A program made the position numbers and the translations under genes. From Escherichia phage I29: a DNA stretch of 64,000 bases. The first letter of the stretch is position 1. Each line of letters begins with the position of its first letter. Below, one piece after another: positions 57,868 through 64,000 of the stretch. The notes beneath the pieces were generated by a model that ran no database searches, had not been told where the DNA came from, and saw only the letters and a list, made by a program, of their open reading frames with translations. The stretch lies in sequence record ON286975. One strand, written 5' to 3'.

Positions 57868-59415
57868 TTAGATAAAACGCTTGAACATAGAAGGTGATGA
57901 GATTGATGGAATCACACAAGGAAGTGCTACCTCCTCTTTCTCTAGGAAATTAATCGCAGAAGCTACACAGTCGGCCCAGTCGTCTTTTCTGTTAAATGTT
58001 GATCTTTCCCCGTTGAATTTTTCAAGTTCAGTCAGAAATGCTTCCAGAGTATCAGGATGGAAACTGGATTTTACAATCCTCACCATTCCTTGTTGGGCAA
58101 GATTGGCAAAAGGTGAGAACCTTGTCAGTTTAGACTTGTTGGAAGGCATTGGGTCTTCTTCAACCCTGAACCCTTCGGCAAGCAAGGATCTGGAGGAGGT
58201 TAAGAACTCACTCTTACCTGCCTGCCCTGGGTCCACAGAGAAGACGATTATGCAATCATCACCATCGAACTGCGCCTGTTTCCTGATGATCACATCTCGT
58301 TCACCAGCCTTTTTACAGAACTTGCCTTCCAGACCTGTGGAATACCTCCCGTCATCCACGTTCTCAGGACAATAATCACCGGACAGGTAATAAAAGCCGT
58401 CGCTATCTTTACTTACCTTAATACTGGCAGTAAAGTCAGGAAATTTATTACCGGAAGTTCTCTCGGTTCCTGCCTTATCCCATGCCCTGCAAGATACTGA
58501 CCCAAGAGGTACTCTATCGGCATCACGAAGGAAAGATCTTTGAAAATAGTTTGCACCCTCAGGCTTTGCAAACCAGTTACCATGGAGAAGCTGAGCTTTT
58601 TCCAGCTCTGGTAGACCTTCGAGGAAAGCAAGGTATTCTGGGTTGTCTCTCAAACAGACAGGATTATCGAATATTGTTGCGCCTATGAACGAGAATGACA
58701 ACGGTCTTGGCTTGATCTCTACGCCAAGTCCGTTAACCGTGGTGTATTTCTCTATCAACTCTTCTTTAGAGTCTCCCCAGATAAATTCACCGTCGCGTCG
58801 GATAAAATATCTTTTCTTACCGCATTTCTCCGGATCTGGATACCCTTCATCGTCCAACCACCATCTAACCAGTTTGGCAAGCATGTGTTCTGAATCGGGG
58901 TTACAGCTGATAACCATTCTTGATGGATACTTTGACTGAGATCGCAGACGAGACATCAGATAGTCTATCTGCTCCCATTCGAACTGCGTGCCCTCATCGA
59001 AGCAAACCATGGTGTACTCAAGCCCCTGATGGTTAAGCTTATCTTGTACATACTCCATATGGCAGTATTTTACAACAGCTCCCTTTTTGCTTCTATCCCA
59101 CTTACCAGTGTTCGGATCAAACCGTGGAAAAATGAACTTATGATCCTTCTCTCTGAACTTTGGCTTAATGTTTTCAGGCAGATCACTGTAAATAGCTACT
59201 GCTTTAGGCCATAGTCCACCCTCACCTTCCAACTGTGGGGTTGTTCTTCGGAACATAACCACAGAGCTGTGGGGGTCATCAATAATTTTAAGTGGCATCA
59301 ACTGCAAGAGGAACGACTTGCCAGACCCTGCGGCACCGCCGATTACCAAAATATCTGCATCGTTTTCTAGGATCATCTTCTGCTTTTCAGAACACGGTCC
59401 GTAAATCTTAGACAT
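57868..59415 (-). CDS. terminase large subunit
   Basis: Walker A ILVIGGAAGSGKS near N-terminus; 515 aa; upstream of portal. Confidence 0.8.
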   Translation of the reverse strand: MSKIYGPCSEKQKMILENDADILVIGGAAGSGKSFLLQLMPLKIIDDPHSSVVMFRRTTPQLEGEGGLWPKAVAIYSDLPENIKPKFREKDHKFIFPRFDPNTGKWDRSKKGAVVKYCHMEYVQDKLNHQGLEYTMVCFDEGTQFEWEQIDYLMSRLRSQSKYPSRMVISCNPDSEHMLAKLVRWWLDDEGYPDPEKCGKKRYFIRRDGEFIWGDSKEELIEKYTTVNGLGVEIKPRPLSFSFIGATIFDNPVCLRDNPEYLAFLEGLPELEKAQLLHGNWFAKPEGANYFQRSFLRDADRVPLGSVSCRAWDKAGTERTSGNKFPDFTASIKVSKDSDGFYYLSGDYCPENVDDGRYSTGLEGKFCKKAGERDVIIRKQAQFDGDDCIIVFSVDPGQAGKSEFLTSSRSLLAEGFRVEEDPMPSNKSKLTRFSPFANLAQQGMVRIVKSSFHPDTLEAFLTELEKFNGERSTFNRKDDWADCVASAINFLEKEEVALPCVIPSISSPSMFKRFI

Positions 59416-59702
59416 TAACCTCTCTCCTTTGGAAACAGTGTTCTAATATAGTCTTGCAAAATGATCAATTTAGCTCTATCATTGCTACAAGACAGATTAT
59501 TATCCCTCATAATGCCAGAATTCACTGCATCTGGCGCACCTTTCTTCAAAGGCATAGCTTTAGCAGGTGGTTTCATGGCACCTTCCGGGGGTTTAACAAT
59601 CAACCTTCCTACATCCGGAGGGTCAATCTTGTATTCTCTCTCAACGCTGGTTGCACACCCACATAATAACAAGCACACAATAAACAGTGTAGCAACTCTC
59701 AT
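59415..59702 (-). CDS. o-spanin (outer-membrane lipoprotein, Rz1-like)
   Basis: Signal peptide ending in lipobox-like LLCGC; Pro-rich mature part; C-terminal ...ERG; start overlaps i-spanin stop. Confidence 0.6.
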   Translation of the reverse strand: MRVATLFIVCLLLCGCATSVEREYKIDPPDVGRLIVKPPEGAMKPPAKAMPLKKGAPDAVNSGIMRDNNLSCSNDRAKLIILQDYIRTLFPKERG

Positions 59703-60097
59703 CTACCCTCCTGATTAATACTCTCATTATAAATATCTATAAGCTGATCAGGGAGTGTTGACTTCTTACCCTCAGGTGACTGGAGGTAAATAATCTGCTT
59801 TTCTTTACCTGCCTTCTCAGCCATATTTAATTTATCCTGTAGATCAGAAAGGGATTTTTCAAGGTTTTTAACCTCCTCTGCGTGGCCCATTTTAATTTTG
59901 TCGGCCTGCTTTTGTTGCTGATCAAGGATCCGTTCCCACTTTAACTCTGTTGCTGACACACCTTCTTGGTAGGCATCATTAAGCTTAGAGTTAAACCAAT
60001 ACACGGCCCCAAGATAAGCTGTACCTATCGCAGCTGCAAAAACTAAACCTTTTATGATCCATCTATACCTGCTCAGCCATGTTAAAACTGAAATCAT
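59699..60097 (-). CDS. i-spanin (Rz-like)
   Basis: N-terminal transmembrane helix IIKGLVFAAAIGTAYLGAVYWF followed by coiled-coil-rich periplasmic domain. Confidence 0.6.
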   Translation of the reverse strand: MISVLTWLSRYRWIIKGLVFAAAIGTAYLGAVYWFNSKLNDAYQEGVSATELKWERILDQQQKQADKIKMGHAEEVKNLEKSLSDLQDKLNMAEKAGKEKQIIYLQSPEGKKSTLPDQLIDIYNESINQEGR

Positions 60098-60202
60098 TTT
60101 AAGGCTCCAGAAACGAAAAAACCCCGCAGCTATACAGCTAACGGGGCGGGTTAAAATTGAGTAACCTAAATAGATCGAAACTAACTAAAAGGAGACTAAT
60201 AC

Positions 60203-60472
60203 TTATCGAGGCACTCGGTGGATGATTCTAACAGTAACTGCATTTTCATTCATCAAGTATGCATCTACATCTCTGTAAATATAAAACTTCTGCTCACTAT
60301 CAACAACACAAGCTACCGCCCCTTCAGAGTTGTCTTCAAAAAAGACCACCACTGCATCGCAGCTGAGTTCATGATATGACTCTCGAAGATTTACAGCCAG
60401 AGGATTGAAATCGTCACGAAAATCTACGGTATGGGTTGGATTTACACGCTCTACAATTTTAAGTGTATACAT
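60203..60472 (-). CDS. hypothetical protein, 89 aa
   Basis: ORF-track start 60562 (TTG) overlaps tRNA-Pro; ATG 60472 with AGGAA SD taken instead. Confidence 0.45.
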   Translation of the reverse strand: MYTLKIVERVNPTHTVDFRDDFNPLAVNLRESYHELSCDAVVVFFEDNSEGAVACVVDSEQKFYIYRDVDAYLMNENAVTVRIIHRVPR

Positions 60473-60518
60473 TTTAAAGGTTCCTTTTGTTTGTATATGT
60501 TTAAAGTATAACTGAAAG

Positions 60519-60595
60519 TGGTCTCCACGGAGTGATTCGAACACTCGACCTCCTGATCCCAAATCAGGCGCTCTACCAAGCTGAGCTACGCGGAG
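60519..60595 (-). tRNA. tRNA-Pro (anticodon UGG)
   Basis: Cloverleaf read by eye on minus strand: 7-bp acceptor, T-loop TTCGAAT, anticodon loop UUUGGGA, CCA encoded. Confidence 0.8.
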
Positions 60596-60606
60596 TATTT
60601 ATTATT

Positions 60607-60681
60607 TGGTGGCCCTGGGTGGAATTGAACCACCGTCTGGCGATTATGAGTCGCTTGCTTGAACCTTCCAGCTACAGGGCC
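60607..60681 (-). tRNA. tRNA-Met (anticodon CAU; elongator or Ile2 not resolved)
   Basis: Cloverleaf on minus strand; anticodon loop CUCAUAA; CCA encoded. Confidence 0.75.
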
Positions 60682-60682
60682 A

Positions 60683-60758
60683 TGGTGCTGATGGCAGGAC
60701 TTGAACCTGCAACCTATTGATTACAAATCAATTGCACTACCAATTGTGCTACATCAGC
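60683..60758 (-). tRNA. tRNA-Thr (anticodon UGU)
   Basis: Cloverleaf on minus strand; D-stem GCAC/GTGC, anticodon loop UUUGUAA; CCA encoded. Confidence 0.8.
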
Positions 60759-60763
60759 AAAAA

Positions 60764-60862
60764 GGTGCTAGGTGATGGAATCGAACCACCTATGTATTCA
60801 ACGACTACCTCGTCTATTTTCAGGATTAAAAATCCTCGCCCTTGCCAAAGGGCTTACCTAGC
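60764..60862 (-). tRNA. atypical tRNA-like gene (possible anticodon UUU, not resolved)
   Basis: Good acceptor stem, D arm and T arm, but 30-nt insert between anticodon arm and T arm; CCA not encoded. Confidence 0.4.
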
Positions 60863-60960
60863 TCAGTATGTTGACCATGTTGCTAGTCGGCGATGACGAC
60901 TGTAACATTTGATAATCCGGTTCTGCTTCCGGCTTTCGCTTAATTACAAGGTCAACAATA

Positions 60961-61051
60961 TGGCTGAGGGTAATGGAATCGAACCATCATCAAGTCATCC
61001 TCAACGGGACGGTTTTCAAGACCGCTTGAGCACCATTGCTCCCTACCCTCA
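60961..61051 (-). tRNA. tRNA-Ser (anticodon UGA)
   Basis: Class II cloverleaf with long variable arm; anticodon loop CUUGAAA; G73 and CCA encoded. Confidence 0.75.
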
Positions 61052-61165
61052 TTTATAAACAATACTGATAATGACACTGATTTTCGAGCAGTTAGTGACT
61101 AGTATAAACGACGATAAATATCAATGCCATTATCTGTATGATTTATGCATTTAAAACTATAAATT

Positions 61166-61252
61166 TGGTGGGGAGTGGTGGAGTCGAACCACCCGAGTCG
61201 CAATGACAATAGATTTACAGTCTACACCGCTACCCCTACGGGATAACTCCCC
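61166..61252 (-). tRNA. tRNA-Tyr (anticodon GUA)
   Basis: Class II cloverleaf; anticodon loop CUGUAAA; 15-nt variable arm; CCA encoded. Confidence 0.8.
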
Positions 61253-61256
61253 AATT

Positions 61257-61331
61257 TGGCACCCCGTACTGGACTCGAACCAGTGTCAACGGCTTAGAAG
61301 GCCGCTGCTTTATCCACTAAGCTAACAGGGC
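61257..61331 (-). tRNA. tRNA-Arg (anticodon UCU)
   Basis: Cloverleaf on minus strand; anticodon loop CUUCUAA; acceptor stem with two G-U pairs; CCA encoded. Confidence 0.75.
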
Positions 61332-61427
61332 ACTGGGTGGCTTTCTTTTACACCTTAGCCGCCAGAAAAGGTGGGAGACCATGTTTACAATATTACACTG
61401 TTAAGCAAAGTTTGTCAAGAAAATATT

Positions 61428-61766
61428 TTAGCTATTGCTAACAGGTTGTATTTCTGTGGTAAATGGCATAAAAGGTGCTGGTTTTTCAGCCTCTTCTACT
61501 ACCACCTCTTCCTCTTCACCAAACATCTCATCATATTCTTCCTGCATTCGGTCTGCCTTATCAAGAACATACTCTGCAATGCTTTGACGAATATTTTGTT
61601 TGGTTTTCGGGTCCAACATCAGCTCTCTTAAAACTTTGTGAGCTTCTGGAACCATCGCTATAAAAGATTCCTTCATATCAAGGATGTTCTTCTCTAGCTG
61701 AATGGCGTTGGACTCCTCTTTCAGAGGTCTGCCTCTACGGCGACGCTTTTTAGTTGTATCCGCCAT
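61428..61766 (-). CDS. small basic protein with AT-hook-like motif
   Basis: ATG 61766 with GGAGG SD (ORF-track start 61886 lies in non-coding DNA); N-terminal KKRRRRGRPLK; acidic C-terminus. Confidence 0.5.
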   Translation of the reverse strand: MADTTKKRRRRGRPLKEESNAIQLEKNILDMKESFIAMVPEAHKVLRELMLDPKTKQNIRQSIAEYVLDKADRMQEEYDEMFGEEEEVVVEEAEKPAPFMPFTTEIQPVSNS

Positions 61767-61777
61767 GTTTCCTCCAT

Positions 61778-61789
61778 TATCACGTGATA
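61778..61789 (-). promoter_or_regulatory. perfect 12-bp palindrome TATCACGTGATA (operator-like)
   Basis: Between the -10 element and the SD of the 61766 gene, around the predicted transcription start. Confidence 0.4.
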
Positions 61790-61794
61790 GGTGG

Positions 61795-61823
61795 ATTTTA
61801 TCATAGCAAATACTGATTGTCAA
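61795..61823 (-). promoter_or_regulatory. near-consensus sigma70 promoter
   Basis: Minus strand TTGACA (61818-61823), 17-nt spacer ending in TGA, TAAAAT (61795-61800); upstream of AT-hook gene and the tRNA cluster. Confidence 0.6.
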
Positions 61824-62110
61824 GTTCGCCGCAGGGTGGTATTCCCTGCGACTTGTCCAGCGTCCTGGACCAGAAAGACCCAACAAGTGGGTTACCAGAG
61901 CCCATTACCGCACTTTGGCTCGACCTTATTACAGGTTGGCTGGGGTCACATCGTCATGTGCTGGCTGCCCCTACCATTTTAAGTGTGGTGCACTATCAAG
62001 CCCTCTAAGGGGAACTCAGCCTTCTCCGAACCCTGTTTCAAAGCATCCGGAGATAAAGCCATCAAATTCATCTTTAAATTGGATATTCATCATGATACAC
62101 GAAAACAACC

Positions 62111-62353
62111 TCATTGTAAAGCACAAATAAATAAAACATACTTAATTTGTTTGTTATCAGGCTCAGGGTAGAAGTAGAAGATCTTGCTATCACCGATCTG
62201 AACACCACCATCCCAACAGCATAGCCCATAACCCGTATTCATACAAGCTAAGTCGTTGGCAAAATCTATTGCATCATCCAGTGCACGAAATTCACCTTCA
62301 TCTTCTAAATAATCCTCATTCATGGAACGAAAAACGAGCTTAACCTTAAACAT
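62111..62353 (-). CDS. hypothetical protein, 80 aa
   Basis: ORF, acidic, several Cys. Confidence 0.45.
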   Translation of the reverse strand: MFKVKLVFRSMNEDYLEDEGEFRALDDAIDFANDLACMNTGYGLCCWDGGVQIGDSKIFYFYPEPDNKQIKYVLFICALQ

Positions 62354-62429
62354 AGCATTACCTGTAGACCTCGTAAGTTAAAATTGCATCACATCATATT
62401 GCAGATCTTATCAGGTAACACTATTTTTG

Positions 62430-62639
62430 TCAACAGATTCCGGCCTTATCCTTCCTGTCTGCGTATTCTTTAATCGCAACCTCATCTGCATTAGTGACCA
62501 GGTCTTCAAAGTAACTCTCAAGCTCCTCGTCAATGTCAGGAGACCAGCTCTTTTTCCTGTCAGTGTGAATTGCAGACTTGTTGAACTTATTACAGTTCTT
62601 TGCTACCGGGTTGTTCATTAAGCGCTCCTCAGCGTTCAT
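62430..62639 (-). CDS. hypothetical protein, 69 aa
   Basis: ORF overlapping upstream stop. Confidence 0.4.
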   Translation of the reverse strand: MNAEERLMNNPVAKNCNKFNKSAIHTDRKKSWSPDIDEELESYFEDLVTNADEVAIKEYADRKDKAGIC

Positions 62640-63207
62640 AGTAAATCTTATTTAACATTACCTCATCCTTTGCAGAAAGGATATCAAGATATGCATCACC
62701 AAATCTTCCTGCAACAACCTCTGCATGATACATCACTTCGTTAACATCGTCAAGAGTGATAACCGGATGACCATATCTTTCTGAATATTGTCTCAGGGTG
62801 CGATGTAACGAGTCGTCATCATATGCAGACTTTTTAATATCACAAACACGACGAATAGCCTTGATGTCGAAAAAACCTGTGCGATACCACCCAAGAAAAA
62901 GGTTTCGTGCAGTGTCAACATCTACATTGATACCATCAAGAACCTTATCTACAAGATAGCTGTCATCCTTTGGACCAGCGTCCTTAGTGCGAATGTAGTT
63001 GCCATCTTTTCCAGGCGACATCTCCTTCTCATCCCCAACCTGCATGCCATCATTTGGCGGTGTTAGCCACTTATCCGGATGCTTACGATCACGAGCGTTA
63101 GAATGATTACGCTGGAAACCGGGCTTCCACTTGAAAGTTTTCTCCATCTGTTCTTCATTCTGATAACGTTTTGCAATCTTTTCACGGTCATCTTTGCGTG
63201 AACCCAT
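62629..63207 (-). CDS. hypothetical protein, 192 aa
   Basis: ATG 63207 preceded by GAGGAGG; preceded by ~350-nt GC-rich leader. Confidence 0.5.
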   Translation of the reverse strand: MGSRKDDREKIAKRYQNEEQMEKTFKWKPGFQRNHSNARDRKHPDKWLTPPNDGMQVGDEKEMSPGKDGNYIRTKDAGPKDDSYLVDKVLDGINVDVDTARNLFLGWYRTGFFDIKAIRRVCDIKKSAYDDDSLHRTLRQYSERYGHPVITLDDVNEVMYHAEVVAGRFGDAYLDILSAKDEVMLNKIYYER

Positions 63208-63711
63208 AGCTGCCTCCTCTTCAAGTTATAGAAAAACTAACTGTATCGCTTTGTAACGAGCTTTTCTATCAAACTGGTGCGATTGCATTACCTGGTATAG
63301 TTTATATAGCTGTGGAGCGATTTAGGGGCCTTCTTGTCAGTTTCCACACATAAACTTCATCCAAGCTCGCGCGGGAGACTCTCAACCGACTCCTTACGGC
63401 GCTGGCAAGCTTTCGTCGGTGGTCCACATCAGTGCTCGGCCTTTGGCCTGCGCTATCGCTTCGCTCCCACACATGTTAACAGACCTGTATGTATGAACTT
63501 CTGTTATTGTGTGCACCAAAGAGGCCCGGCATCTCGCCCCTCGTAGGCGAGTGCCAATGAAGGGCCGACACTGCCCATAGTAAGTAATAAATTTAAAACA
63601 TGGTACTTAGGATCTAGTATATTCTACATAAGTTAAGTATATGTACTTAGTACCATAAGTACTAGATCTTTTATTTTTTTATTATTTAGTTATTTTAGTT
63701 ATATTCTTTAT

Positions 63712-63794
63712 GTGTCCGTATCACGGACAGCTAGTGTCCGTATTACGGGCAGATGTGTCCGCGTGACGGACAGTAGTGTCCGTATCACGGACAG
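63712..63794. repeat. four tandem 19-bp palindromic sites GTGTCCGTATCACGGACAG
   Basis: Units at 63712, 63734, 63755, 63776, spaced 21-22 bp; each a 7-3-7 dyad TGTCCGT-N3-ACGGACA; units 1 and 4 identical; degenerate fifth copy near 63801. Confidence 0.85.
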
Positions 63795-64000
63795 TTAATA
63801 GTATCCGTTCCATGGCGAACATAAAACATACGAATCCTTATAGTACAGATATTTAAGTTTTTACTGGTCTAACCAGTTGTTGACATCCGAATAACTTCTT
63901 CTGGTGGCAAAACTTTGGAAAATGTGCATCTTTTACCTCTCCCTTGTGTGGATGTTTCAACCACTCCTGCACATTCTAAAGTTTTAACGCACGCTGCTGC

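Noticed and set aside
60203-60562. Full 119-aa version of the ORF downstream of the tRNA cluster
   Set aside because: Its TTG start and first 30 codons overlap tRNA-Pro (60519-60595); the internal ATG at 60472 with a good SD is used instead.
61791-62171. Four overlapping 60-71-aa plus-strand ORFs
   Set aside because: Mutually overlapping in different frames within a GC-rich hairpin-rich stretch and overlapping the minus-strand promoter; treated as non-coding.
63334-63546. 70-aa plus-strand ORF in the GC-rich region
   Set aside because: TTG start, Arg/Ser/Pro/Cys-rich composition, no SD; the region is more likely non-coding RNA or leader.
63712-63794. Tandem repeats as a CRISPR array
   Set aside because: Units are internally palindromic, spaced 21-22 bp with no unique spacers and no cas genes; operator or iteron array fits better.
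1-64000. Lysogeny module, reverse transcriptase or diversity-generating retroelement
   Set aside because: No integrase-, repressor-, RT- or template-repeat-like features were recognisable in any ORF or repeat in this window.

Overview
The window reads as a 64-kb segment of a tailed dsDNA phage with a contractile tail; this is inferred from gene content, and no integrase, reverse transcriptase, rRNA or CRISPR array was seen. Product calls rest on motifs I recognised by eye in the supplied translations, not on database searches. Layout: (1) 1-6602, minus-strand block of small ORFs ending in a MoxR-like AAA+ ATPase, plus a terminator-insulated pair encoding a secreted SleB-like cell-wall hydrolase and a GHKL-type ATPase. 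(2) 6679-13527, plus-strand block of small early/accessory-type ORFs including a VWA/metallopeptidase-like protein, the usual partner of MoxR ATPases. (3) 13576-60097, one long minus-strand morphogenesis and lysis block: spanins, large terminase, portal, scaffold, major capsid, neck proteins, sheath, tube, frameshifted tail chaperone, tape measure, baseplate proteins and at least eight large fibre/spike-type proteins, one of them 1878 aa. (4) 60519-61331, seven tRNA or tRNA-like genes on the minus strand behind a near-consensus sigma70 promoter with a palindromic operator-like site. (5) 61.8-64.0 kb, GC-rich non-coding stretches, an AT-rich tract and four tandem palindromic 19-bp sites. The most unexplained signals are: a perfect 56-bp inverted repeat (27341-27396 / 27429-27484) that splits a baseplate-J-like gene; the palindromic site array at 63712-63794; an atypical 99-nt tRNA-like gene; and the MoxR/VWA and GHKL/hydrolase gene sets of unknown role. 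Most ORF starts are taken from the ORF track and are uncertain by a few codons.
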